Both the position numbers and the translations under genes were made by a program. Shown here piece by piece: positions 7,553-16,306 of a DNA stretch of 25,914 nucleotides. The DNA comes from a virus (taxonomy: Duplodnaviria; Caudoviricetes). The number at the start of each line of letters is the position of its first letter. Positions within the stretch are counted from its first letter, which is position 1. Location: positions 1 to 25,914 of the IMG/VR virus record IMGVR_UViG_3300036835_000563; one strand, 5' to 3'. The notes beneath the pieces were generated by a model, which was given only the letters and a program-made list of their open reading frames with translations, ran no database searches and was not told where the DNA came from.

Positions 7553-8925
7553 TTTTCACCCTCCGGTGCCCAGGGAATCAGGCCTTCCCAGATTTCCGAA
7601 TCCGACTTTTTACCGAAGACGTGCAGGCCATCGGCATCCGCCACAAAATTCACCGCGCCGATCGGTATCGTCTGCTCCGGCGGATCGGTTGCCGGCTCCG
7701 CGGCTTGTGTTTTCGCGGCGCGCATGTGCGCGCGAATCTCAGCGAGCGAAGCGCCCGAGCCATGCGCTACCCAGGTGAGGCCGCTCACATTGCCGGAGGC
7801 ATAGATATTGCCTTGCGTACGCATGTTGCCGGTTGCCGGGTAAAACGTAGGATCGGGCGCAAACTGCCCGTTATTCAGAATCTGGAAGTAATTCGTGGCC
7901 GTGCCGGATTTGGTCATGTAAAAATCCGTCGCACCCGTGATGCGCCCGCCGACCCAGATCGCGCCGTTGATTGCCAGCGAAGCCGTCGCGCCGCCGCCGA
8001 AATTCATCGTCGGTTGCGCACCGTTGAAGGAGAACCCCATGAGTTTGCCCGAAGCACTCAACTGGAAGGGACTCGAAAACGTGCAGACACCGTTCGCTGT
8101 GTTTGCCGCGAAACCATCGCATTTGATCGGGCTCGTAAAGTGCACGGAACCATCCCCGCCACTGGCCGCAATCGGCGCATCGTTTTGCATGGTCAGATTC
8201 ACGCTGGCCACCACGCCGCCGCCGGTAAATTGCACCGCCGCGTTGTCGAAATGGATGCCGCCATTCGCGCGCACGAGCAGCGGCTGCCCGATCGCCGCAT
8301 CCGCCGCACTGGGAGAGATTTGGATAAAGGAACCCGCCGAGCTCTGCGCCGCCAGCGCCTGGCCCACCAGCCCGCCTGCCACTGTCGCGCTATCCGTCGT
8401 CGTGAGCTTGCGCACGCGCAGATCGCGCTCCGCGCCTTCCGCGCTGCAGAGCTTCACCGTCTTGGCATCCGCGCGCAGAAACCCGACTTCCATCGATTCC
8501 GCCACCAGGTCATAACCTTCCGTCCAGCCGAACCAGCCGCCCACCGGCATCACGAGTAACGTCTGCTGCTGCCGGCCATAGGCATACATCCCTGCCACAA
8601 TTTGACCGGCCGAATAGTCGGCAAAGAAGCCCCAGCCCGGATCGCGCGTATCGCCGTTCGATCCGAAGGAATATTTATGCGCACCCGCCTGCCGGTTTTC
8701 ACAGACGATGTAGGTCACGCTGGCATTCGAGGTTACCGTCATCGGCGTACCGTTGCTATCGCCGCCGTCCGCCACCATTTGCTTCGCGGACACCTGCGCC
8801 ACATTCGAGACTTTGTAGTTGCCGGCATCCACATCGCCGCCCCAGGTCTTGAGCGCAGCCACCAGCGCGTTATATTGCGCGGCCGTCGCCGTCTGCCCCG
8901 GTACGACTGTGCTAGGCCAGGCCAT
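7549..8925 (-). CDS. Putative tail fibre/spike protein (458 aa)
   Basis: G/A/S/T/N-rich beta-type sequence in the tail module; shared N-terminal anchor motif. Confidence 0.75.
   Translation of the reverse strand: MAWPSTVVPGQTATAAQYNALVAALKTWGGDVDAGNYKVSNVAQVSAKQMVADGGDSNGTPMTVTSNASVTYIVCENRQAGAHKYSFGSNGDTRDPGWGFFADYSAGQIVAGMYAYGRQQQTLLVMPVGGWFGWTEGYDLVAESMEVGFLRADAKTVKLCSAEGAERDLRVRKLTTTDSATVAGGLVGQALAAQSSAGSFIQISPSAADAAIGQPLLVRANGGIHFDNAAVQFTGGGVVASVNLTMQNDAPIAASGGDGSVHFTSPIKCDGFAANTANGVCTFSSPFQLSASGKLMGFSFNGAQPTMNFGGGATASLAINGAIWVGGRITGATDFYMTKSGTATNYFQILNNGQFAPDPTFYPATGNMRTQGNIYASGNVSGLTWVAHGSGASLAEIRAHMRAAKTQAAEPATDPPEQTIPIGAVNFVADADGLHVFGKKSDSEIWEGLIPWAPEGEK
8822..8845 (+). repeat. 24-bp direct repeat copy 2
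   Basis: Identical to 7449..7472. Confidence 0.9.
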
Positions 8926-9148
8926 TCTGTGCCACTCCGAAAAGCTCCGGCTGCAACTCCGCGGCTTCTGCTTCCATCAACACCAGCAAGCGATCGCCCT
9001 CGAGATGGCAGCGGCCGCGAAAGCCCTGCTGCTCCGCGAGCAGTTGCAGCGCGCCTTGTATCGCACCCTGCGCCATCGCGATCACTTCCCGCTGCCGGCG
9101 AAAGAACGCCTGCTCGGCCGCACTCAATTCGTATGTCTTCAGGCCCAT
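8912..9148 (-). CDS. Small helical protein, possible fibre assembly chaperone
   Basis: Overlaps both neighbours; coiled-coil-like. Confidence 0.6.
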   Translation of the reverse strand: MGLKTYELSAAEQAFFRRQREVIAMAQGAIQGALQLLAEQQGFRGRCHLEGDRLLVLMEAEAAELQPELFGVAQNGLA

Positions 9149-10035
9149 TGTGAATCCTGACTCGAGGGATGCGCTTCATCCGCCCACAGGAAACCATCCC
9201 AGGCCGTTCCCTGCGGACACCAGGCCCATTGCGCATTGGCAATGTTCGCGCCATCCTCCCAGGTGGATTGATCCCACTTCTTGCAGGTCAGCGGTTGAAA
9301 CGGCGCCAGACTGCCGGCGTAGGAATCGGCCGCAAAGGGAGGCAACTGGATACCCGCCGGATACGTGCGGCCGCACAGCCAGATGGAATCGAGACGCAGT
9401 GTGGCCAGTAACGCGCCCAGCGGCACATCCTCGGCCGCCGTCACGCGAAACCCGAATTCAGTCAGGCCGGCCGGCGTCAGTGGTTGCACTTGTGTCGGCG
9501 CCAGGCGCAGGCCGGCCGCCGCCCAGCTATGCGTTTCCGGAATCAGAACGCGCGCCGGCGCCGTCCATTCGTTCCCTGCTGCATCTTTAGCATAGGCCAG
9601 CACATAGAGTGCCGGCTTCGCCGTCGTCGCATACGTCACCGAGAACCAGCCCCAGAACACGAAGCCGTTGCCGTTCTCCGGCCAGGCGAAGGAATGCACG
9701 AATTCCACCGGCGCCGTCTGCGTGGCCGGCGTCCAGTCCGTCGCCGCCGAACCGATCCCATAGGCCGATTCGGTCGCATCCAGGCGCAACGGCGAACACT
9801 CGCCGCGCGCCTGCCAGGCGGCCAGGTCGGAGGCTTCCTCGAACCCCCAGTTCGCCACTTCCGCCCGGCACTCGCGGCCGTCAATGCGCACCTTCGAAAG
9901 ATTCGTGATCCAGGGACCCGGCCCGGCCGAATGAATCGCGAAATTCGCCGAGGTGGAAAACTGCGCATCGAGCGCAATCATTGCGTCATACCAGGAATCG
10001 AGCCGCGCACCGTTGATGAAGATGTCGAATTTCAT
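9139..10035 (-). CDS. Minor tail protein following TMP, with CBM-like domain
   Basis: Position after tape measure; MKFDIFING start; NWGFE...W motif typical of carbohydrate-binding jelly-rolls; Trp-rich C-terminal tail. Confidence 0.7.
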   Translation of the reverse strand: MKFDIFINGARLDSWYDAMIALDAQFSTSANFAIHSAGPGPWITNLSKVRIDGRECRAEVANWGFEEASDLAAWQARGECSPLRLDATESAYGIGSAATDWTPATQTAPVEFVHSFAWPENGNGFVFWGWFSVTYATTAKPALYVLAYAKDAAGNEWTAPARVLIPETHSWAAAGLRLAPTQVQPLTPAGLTEFGFRVTAAEDVPLGALLATLRLDSIWLCGRTYPAGIQLPPFAADSYAGSLAPFQPLTCKKWDQSTWEDGANIANAQWAWCPQGTAWDGFLWADEAHPSSQDSQWA

Positions 10036-12911
10036 CGCACAATCCCCGCCATCTGCAAGGCGTGCACAATATCCTGCGAGACCTGCTCCGTCGTGGGCCC
10101 CACCTGCACATGCATCGTGACATTCGGCCGCAGCGCGCTTGCCGTCAGCGCCGCGCGAATATCGTTCAGCACCGTCACCACCGGCGAAAAATCAACCGAG
10201 AAACTCGACACATCCACCGGCACGCCAGTCGAAGGCGCCAGTTGAATGCCGCGAATCGCATCGGTTAACGACTGCACATTGAAGGCGCCGGCCAGCGCCG
10301 CAAGCTGCCCGGAAATGTCGGCAAAGCCCGTGCGCATATTATTGAAGCCGCGCGAAAGCTGGTCCCAGAGCTGGCTGCCCCAGTGCGTGATGTCGCCGCG
10401 CAGACCAACCACCTGGTTCTGCGTATAAGCCTGAAACTCGACATACAAATCGTGCACGGCCATGTAGGTCATGAAAACGCCCTGCTGGATGTTTTCCTCG
10501 ATCTTCTGCGTGCCGCGCGTCTGAAAGATGCCGATGATGCCCGTCACCGCCGACACCGCGCCGGTAATGGCGGAGAACGCACCACCGAGGCCTCCGAGAG
10601 CACCGCCACCGCCGCCCGCGGCGCCGCCTGCCGCGCCGCCCGCTTTCGCCGCCGTCTGCGCACCGCCGCCCAGGCCGCCGAACAGATCGCCGATCCCTTT
10701 GAAAGCTTTCGTGACTTCGCCCAGCGCCGCCGTCAGTCCATTGCCGCCGATCAGCGAGCCGATGAATTTCTGAACCGCCTGCACGCCCTGCTGCACGAAA
10801 ATCTGGGTAAACATCTTGCCGATCGACTCGAGCATGGACTTTGTCAGTTCGCCAAAACTCTTGTCACCGGTCCAGAGCGCATCGGTGATATCAGAGGCCG
10901 TCTGTCGCACCAGGCGCGTGATATTTCTCTGCGCATCCTTCCACATCGAATCTCGCTGCTCGAGCGCCGTGGCCGTTTCCTTCGTGCCTTTTGTCAGAAT
11001 CTGGCCATGTTCATCAGCCGATTTTCGGACTTGCGCGCCCAGCTCCGCCAGCGCCTGCTGCTGATCCTTCGACAGCTTGAACCAGTCCTTCGAAATCGTC
11101 TGCGTGATCGAGTCCCAGGCCGCCTGATTGATACCCTTGATTTCTTCGGTAGACGTGCCGGCCATCGAAACCTGTTGTTTCCAGCCCTCGCGCACGTTGT
11201 AAATCATGTCGTCAATTTGCTTGTCCGTCGCAAATTTGATGGACTCGGTTGCCTGGATCACCTTTTCGGCGCCGGCCATCTGATCCTTTGCCAACGCGAT
11301 GGTTACCGCATCCGCTTCCTTGTACGTCGGTATGAGCGCCGCCACCGAATCATTGATCTTCTGCGCCTGCGCCGCCATTTCGGCCGCATGCTGCTTCTGT
11401 GCGTCATACACACCCTGCATGTTGAACTTTTTTGCAGTGTTCTCCGCGGCTGCGCCCAGCGCGTTCAGATTGTTGGTTTGATCTCTCGTGTTGTCGCCCA
11501 GCAGCTTAAAAGCTTTAATCTGCTCGATGACTTGCTGAATGAAAACTTCGTTGCGCTTCGTCGTTTCCGCAATCGCGTCGCCCATCCCCTTAAAGGGACT
11601 GTTGACGTTATCGTTCAGAGCAGTGCCGATTTCTTTCGCTTCCGCCGTGATGTGATTGCGAAAGTATTCCGCCGACATCTGCAGCAGGGCGAAGCCCTGC
11701 TTCATGGAATCCGGCAGCTTACTCGCAATCTTGTCCCAAACATCCTTTATCGTGTTCAGTTCGCGCCGCGTGTTTTCAACAATCATCTGGCCGTACTGCG
11801 TCGAAAGTTCCGCCAGCTTTTTAAAGAGCACCTCCGCCACCGCTGCAAACAGCGAAATGGAGTGAATCATATTCGACAGCGCTGCATTCCAGTTTTTCTG
11901 CCAGAGGTCTCCAGCCTTCGCATTGTTATCCAGCGATGTATCGACCAGGCCCAACCCTTTCGCAATCCCTTCGAGCACGCCGCCGATAAACGCCTTCACG
12001 TGCTGAAATCCTTCGTTCAGCACGCCGAATAGTTTCTGCGCGGCCGATTGCAGAATGCCCGATTGCAGGAACCATTGCCCAAATGCCGTAACCCACTTGA
12101 GCGCCTCCATCACCCAGCCGGAAAGCTTTTGAATCGCAGGCCCCAGCAATACGTTGAAGGCCTGCGCCAGCGCTTCTACGCCCTTACCGGCCGCCTCGGA
12201 GAATGCACTCTTCACGCCGCTGAGCGTCGCGTTCAAGCCCTTCATGGCTTCCGAAGTCGAGAGCGCTTTTACTCCGGTATCGAGCAGCCAGCCACCTACT
12301 TTTTCGACAATTTGCAGGCCGGCGAAACCCGTTGCCGCACCCGCCGCCAGCGTGGCGATACTGCCAAGCGAAGGAACGAGGCGTGTCGCTACGCTACCGA
12401 GCGAGGAAAGAAAGCCGCCGGCACTGCTGGACTGCTTTGCGGTGTTCTCGAGCGCCGCGCCTGCCGTCTGCGCCGCCTGACCCACCGCCGCCGTTTTCGC
12501 CGCTGCTTCCGTCGCGGCCCAGGTCGAGGCCTTGAACGCTTCCGTTGCCTGCGAGGTAGCGCCGGCTGCCTTCGTTTCCGCTGCGGCCGTCGCAGCCGCC
12601 GATTCCGCTACTTTCTTAGTCGATTCCGCGGCCGCCGCCGCATTCGCCGAAGTCGCCGCCAGTTGCGTATTGGAAGCATTCAGCGCTGCATTCAGCGCCG
12701 ACATGGATTGCGTCGTTTCGACATTCGCCAGATTCGAGGTTTTGACTGAAACGGAAAGCGCATCGAAGGACTTCGTTGCATTCGCGGCCGATGTCTGAAT
12801 AGAATTCACCGCCGTATCGGTGACCTTCTGCGCTTCCGCGATCGAACGGTTATAGGCGTCCGTCACCGCGTTCAGGACGATATTGACGGTACGGTTCAAC
12901 CCTTCAGCCAC
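10032..12911 (-). CDS. Tail tape measure protein (959 aa)
   Basis: Long Ala/Gly-rich helical protein directly after the chaperone genes. Confidence 0.92.
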   Translation of the reverse strand: MAEGLNRTVNIVLNAVTDAYNRSIAEAQKVTDTAVNSIQTSAANATKSFDALSVSVKTSNLANVETTQSMSALNAALNASNTQLAATSANAAAAAESTKKVAESAAATAAAETKAAGATSQATEAFKASTWAATEAAAKTAAVGQAAQTAGAALENTAKQSSSAGGFLSSLGSVATRLVPSLGSIATLAAGAATGFAGLQIVEKVGGWLLDTGVKALSTSEAMKGLNATLSGVKSAFSEAAGKGVEALAQAFNVLLGPAIQKLSGWVMEALKWVTAFGQWFLQSGILQSAAQKLFGVLNEGFQHVKAFIGGVLEGIAKGLGLVDTSLDNNAKAGDLWQKNWNAALSNMIHSISLFAAVAEVLFKKLAELSTQYGQMIVENTRRELNTIKDVWDKIASKLPDSMKQGFALLQMSAEYFRNHITAEAKEIGTALNDNVNSPFKGMGDAIAETTKRNEVFIQQVIEQIKAFKLLGDNTRDQTNNLNALGAAAENTAKKFNMQGVYDAQKQHAAEMAAQAQKINDSVAALIPTYKEADAVTIALAKDQMAGAEKVIQATESIKFATDKQIDDMIYNVREGWKQQVSMAGTSTEEIKGINQAAWDSITQTISKDWFKLSKDQQQALAELGAQVRKSADEHGQILTKGTKETATALEQRDSMWKDAQRNITRLVRQTASDITDALWTGDKSFGELTKSMLESIGKMFTQIFVQQGVQAVQKFIGSLIGGNGLTAALGEVTKAFKGIGDLFGGLGGGAQTAAKAGGAAGGAAGGGGGALGGLGGAFSAITGAVSAVTGIIGIFQTRGTQKIEENIQQGVFMTYMAVHDLYVEFQAYTQNQVVGLRGDITHWGSQLWDQLSRGFNNMRTGFADISGQLAALAGAFNVQSLTDAIRGIQLAPSTGVPVDVSSFSVDFSPVVTVLNDIRAALTASALRPNVTMHVQVGPTTEQVSQDIVHALQMAGIVR

Positions 12912-13310
12912 GGCGCGCCCCCGGCAAACTCAGAAAATAGGCCTCGAGCTGCCGGCCCGTCGGCATCTGCGGCGCCCGCCGCCGCGGCTGCAGCTCCATC
13001 GGCACATCGTCCGGCTTCGTCACCAGGAAGGATTCAACGGTCACCTCCGGCGCATCCTTCGTGCGATTCGCCTGATAGGTCAAATAGAGTAACTGTGCCA
13101 TCATCAGCTCCGAATAGCGATTCTGTTCCTTCCACTGCTCGATGAGCGCCTCGAGTTCCGGCCGCGTCAGCTCCCAGAATTCCCACTCGTGAAGGCGGAG
13201 CCGGTAACGAGCGAAGGCCCGGAGCCGCTCCCACTCGTGAAGGACGGAGCCGCCAGGCCGTTGACTGGTTCGGCCGGCCGCTCCGCTGCCGCCGGCTCCG
13301 TGGAAGGGTT
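12904..13310 (-). CDS. Tail assembly chaperone gpT-like segment, expressed by -1 frameshift from the upstream gene
   Basis: The -1 frame is open from ~13310: ...LHEWERLRAFARYRLRLHEWEFWELTRPELEALIEQW...MMAQLL; contains the FW.LT..E motif. Confidence 0.75.
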
Positions 13311-13574
13311 CGCCGTACCCATCGCTTCCGCCACGCAGGCGTTGTAATACGACAGGTTCTGCATTTCAATCAGCGAGCGCAGCGCCTCCAGCGTCAAATC
13401 GGCATGCTCATGCCGCAGCCCCAGAAATAACGCCTTCGCCACCGAATCGAGTTCCCGCTGCGGCAACTGCTGCAGCTCGAGCACATCCGCCAGCGTGTAA
13501 TACAAATAGCGCGGCCGTTCATCGGCTAGAACGATTTCGACCCGCTGCAGGATCTTTCGTTTTCGTTCCGGCAT
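13167..13574 (-). CDS. Tail assembly chaperone gpG-like
   Basis: Between tail tube and TMP; ATG13574 is 6 nt after the tube stop; ...LGLRHEH...NP + low-complexity tail. Confidence 0.8.
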   Translation of the reverse strand: MPERKRKILQRVEIVLADERPRYLYYTLADVLELQQLPQRELDSVAKALFLGLRHEHADLTLEALRSLIEMQNLSYYNACVAEAMGTANPSTEPAAAERPAEPVNGLAAPSFTSGSGSGPSLVTGSAFTSGNSGS

Positions 13575-13579
13575 ATGTG

Positions 13580-14344
13580 TTACGCCGCCCGCTCCAGATT
13601 CGTACCGCGCGAGGCGTCGAGCGTATCCGGCGCGCCCGTCCGCGAAACCGTCACATCGCCGTACTGGCGCAGCGTGCAATTCAGTTTCATCGCGCTCGCA
13701 CCCGAGAAAGCTAACGGTAATGCCGTGACAAAAGCCGCAAACGTCACCACCAGCGTTTCGCCTTCGGCATAGTCCGTCTCGATCTTGAACGGCCGTATCT
13801 CACGCGTCTTACTCAAATGAATGAGGCCGGTGACTTCGTTATGCGTCGGATCGTCCGGCCAGTAATTCACCACCAGCGCGATATCGGCCGGCGTCGAGAG
13901 TCCCGGAATCTGCAAGGTAACGCGCGAGGCATTCGCCAGGTTATTCACATCGAGCATGGAGACCGAAGGCGAGGGAATCGTCAAACTCTCGACGTTCGAA
14001 ATCTCCTGCCAGGTCGGCTCCGAACTGGAATCGGTACAGGTGCCGAGAAACACATGCGAAGGCATCGGCACAAAGCCGCCCGGCGTCACGGTCGGATCGA
14101 CCGCAATCTGCGAACAGATACTGACCGCGGTCAGCGTAATCGCGGCACCGGTCGTATGCGCCGCCGCCGCCGTGCCCTGCTGCGCGCGCACCACCGTATA
14201 GGCATTGCCGGAACCCCCGGTTACCTTCATTTTTTCGGTTTCCACCAGGAGCGTATCACCGGTTTTGACAGGATCATGCCCGACATTCAACTGGATGTTG
14301 GTATCGGTATCCGAAATATCGGCCGCGAGTGTGATAGCCATCAC
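13580..14344 (-). CDS. Major tail tube protein with extra N-terminal beta domain
   Basis: WQEI.NV.SL..P....DV..L...IPGL..P.D..L..NY.PDD..H and F.AFVT tail-tube pattern. Confidence 0.85.
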   Translation of the reverse strand: MMAITLAADISDTDTNIQLNVGHDPVKTGDTLLVETEKMKVTGGSGNAYTVVRAQQGTAAAAHTTGAAITLTAVSICSQIAVDPTVTPGGFVPMPSHVFLGTCTDSSSEPTWQEISNVESLTIPSPSVSMLDVNNLANASRVTLQIPGLSTPADIALVVNYWPDDPTHNEVTGLIHLSKTREIRPFKIETDYAEGETLVVTFAAFVTALPLAFSGASAMKLNCTLRQYGDVTVSRTGAPDTLDASRGTNLERAA

Positions 14345-14359
14345 TTTGTTTTTCTCCCT

Positions 14360-14764
14360 TCACAGAAATAGAATTTGCACGTTAACCGTTGCTGCGCGAA
14401 CCGTGCCTTCCGCGCGCGTGAACTGCACCAGATTCACAAACGTCTGCATGCGCCGTTTGCCAATAAACAGGCATTGATTCTCAAACAGCAGATTCAGCAG
14501 TGTGGCAATCTCGCGCACCTGCTGGAATCCTTTTTCCGGATCGGCATCGTTCGAATACGCGCGCAGCACCTGCTCGGCCCAGAGCTGGCGCGAGGTATCG
14601 ACCGCACGATCCGAGCGCGCCGAAAACGTATCGAAGAGAACGTAGGGATAGAGCGTGGCATCCGGCACGTAATCCCACACCCCGGAAACGATGGCCGTTA
14701 GCTCATCGGAGTTTTTCAGCCGGTCATACATCACCTGCTGCAGCGCCAGAAAATCGATAATCAT
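14360..14764 (-). CDS. Tail terminator / tail completion protein (DUF3168-like)
   Basis: LQQ.MY.RL..S.EL..IV.GVWD.VP....YPYV pattern; position. Confidence 0.85.
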   Translation of the reverse strand: MIIDFLALQQVMYDRLKNSDELTAIVSGVWDYVPDATLYPYVLFDTFSARSDRAVDTSRQLWAEQVLRAYSNDADPEKGFQQVREIATLLNLLFENQCLFIGKRRMQTFVNLVQFTRAEGTVRAATVNVQILFL

Positions 14765-15084
14765 GGCCGGTCCACTCCCAGCTGCTCGGCCAGGCGCAGA
14801 TCGAACTGCTCGAGTTCCCGCGCGACCGCCACCTGCAGAAACGGATGCGGCCGCACAAAGCGCGTCCCGAAAATCACGTAACTGGCATACGGCACCGCGG
14901 CCGTGATGAGAAACTGGCCGGCAGCCGGCCGCTCCGCGTAGACATTTGCCCGCAACCGGCCGGTACGCACCGGCGCCATCGCCGCCGCCATGCGCGCCGC
15001 GTCCTGCGCCACTTGCGCCAGGTCGGCACGCACCAGCTCTGGCAATCCGTCCAGGGTTCGAAACAGGCTATCCACCTCGTTCAC
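14761..15084 (-). CDS. HK97 gp10-like tail component
   Basis: APVRTGRLR...YASYV.FGT....HPFL motif. Confidence 0.88.
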   Translation of the reverse strand: MNEVDSLFRTLDGLPELVRADLAQVAQDAARMAAAMAPVRTGRLRANVYAERPAAGQFLITAAVPYASYVIFGTRFVRPHPFLQVAVARELEQFDLRLAEQLGVDRP

Positions 15085-15410
15085 GCAATCCCTTTCCCTT
15101 CCCAGACCGTCAGCACCTGTTCGCGGTTGCGTTCATCACGGTTATAGAGCGCCGTAATATTGAGAATGCGACCGCGATAGAGCAACCGCATGGTCGCATC
15201 CAGGTCCGTGCGATGACGTAAGCGGATCTGCCACCAGACACGCGACTCCATCTGTTCCGCCTGCGCAATCTCGAGATTCGATTTCTGCTCGAACTTCGCC
15301 CAGGCATAGGTCACATGCTGCCAGTCGAGCGCCACGGCATCCCCGGTTGCGCCCGCTACCGCCACCGGCCGCTGCACTTCGACATAACACCGTAATTCGC
15401 CTGCACGCAT
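15081..15410 (-). CDS. Head-tail adaptor / head closure protein (SPP1 gp16-like)
   Basis: MRAGELR...IRLRHRTDL...MRL.Y.GR..NI motif. Confidence 0.9.
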   Translation of the reverse strand: MRAGELRCYVEVQRPVAVAGATGDAVALDWQHVTYAWAKFEQKSNLEIAQAEQMESRVWWQIRLRHRTDLDATMRLLYRGRILNITALYNRDERNREQVLTVWEGKGIA

Positions 15411-15412
15411 AA

Positions 15413-16060
15413 TCAGGAAAACTCAAACCAGCGATCCGACAGCAGACCATCGAGAAAGGGAACCGTCTCGAGCTTCGCTTCGCTCACTTCCTCGCGATTC
15501 TCATAGAGCGCACCGATGCGCAACAGCAGCCAGTTCTGCACATCGGCCGGCACATCCTCGGCCAGCGTGCCGTAACCCGCCCGGTAACGCACCCGTAGCA
15601 GGTCTTCCGTCACTGCTTCGAAATCCAGATCGCCGCACCCGCAGTTGCAGCCGCCGCAGCACGAGCCGAAAATGCCGGCATTAAAAATCAGCCGGCCCGG
15701 CGTGGTGTAAATTCCATCGCTCGTCTGCTCAATCCGGTAATCCGTGCCGGCCTGAAGCGTTTGATTGCCATAGGTCACCCGCTCCACTCCGAGCAAATTC
15801 GTCCAGGGCAACTCGAGCAGGCAGCAGCCGCAGCGCGTACCGAGTTCCTGCGGATAGCAGGCGCATTCATACGTGGTATCGATCAGCGCCAGGCGCAGAA
15901 GTTTGGTTGCCGTGCGCACCGCCGACTGCACGAGCGTCTGCATGACATACAACTCTTCCGACGATTCGATAACGCCCAGTTCTTCCAGGCGCAAGTGACG
16001 CGCCACCTGTTCCCAAGTCACCGGTAGCGTCGTCGGAGCTGCAATCAACGTCGTTTTCAT
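15413..16060 (-). CDS. Head-tail connector protein (HK97 gp6-like, long form)
   Basis: PVT.EQV..HLR, Y.AGYG....VP.D....LL....LYENRE. Confidence 0.9.
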   Translation of the reverse strand: MKTTLIAAPTTLPVTWEQVARHLRLEELGVIESSEELYVMQTLVQSAVRTATKLLRLALIDTTYECACYPQELGTRCGCCLLELPWTNLLGVERVTYGNQTLQAGTDYRIEQTSDGIYTTPGRLIFNAGIFGSCCGGCNCGCGDLDFEAVTEDLLRVRYRAGYGTLAEDVPADVQNWLLLRIGALYENREEVSEAKLETVPFLDGLLSDRWFEFS

Positions 16061-16078
16061 AGCCTTCTCATGAAAATT

Positions 16079-16166
16079 CGGGAGAAGCAGGCAAGACCAG
16101 GCGCTGCCCGCCGGTCCTGCCCGTTCCCCGCCCGATGCCGGTCTCTGTTTAAAAGAAGCATCGGGA
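16079..16166. other. Two adjacent hairpins between capsid and connector genes (possible attenuator/processing site)
   Basis: cgggagaa..ggcaagaccaggcg/cgccggtcctgcc..ttccccg and CCCGATGC..GCATCGGG inverted repeats. Confidence 0.5.
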
Positions 16167-16177
16167 AACCCTTCCTT

Positions 16178-16300
16178 TTAGCGCCGCTCTTGTTCTTCGT
16201 CAGCATCCGGTTTCCGTTCCGGTTCCGGATACGGTTCCGACCGCCGTTGCGGATCAGGCTCCGGCCGCGGCTGCGGTTTTGGTGGTTGCTGTGTACCCAT
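16178..16300 (-). CDS. 40-aa Pro/charged peptide (not in ORF track)
   Basis: MGTQQPPKPQPRPEPDPQRRSEPYPEPERKPDADEEQERR*; GGAGG SD; in frame with the capsid gene. Confidence 0.55.
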   Translation of the reverse strand: MGTQQPPKPQPRPEPDPQRRSEPYPEPERKPDADEEQERR

Positions 16301-16306
16301 CGGTTT

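Noticed and set aside
756-8925. Diversity-generating retroelement or invertase shufflon acting on the fibres
   Set aside because: No reverse transcriptase, no TR/VR pair differing at adenines, and no inverted fibre cassettes
10383-12032. 549-aa plus-strand ORF (also 2898..4079, 4458..5498, 7621..8559, 16997..17875)
   Set aside because: Antisense shadows of well-supported minus-strand genes in high-GC DNA; no motifs
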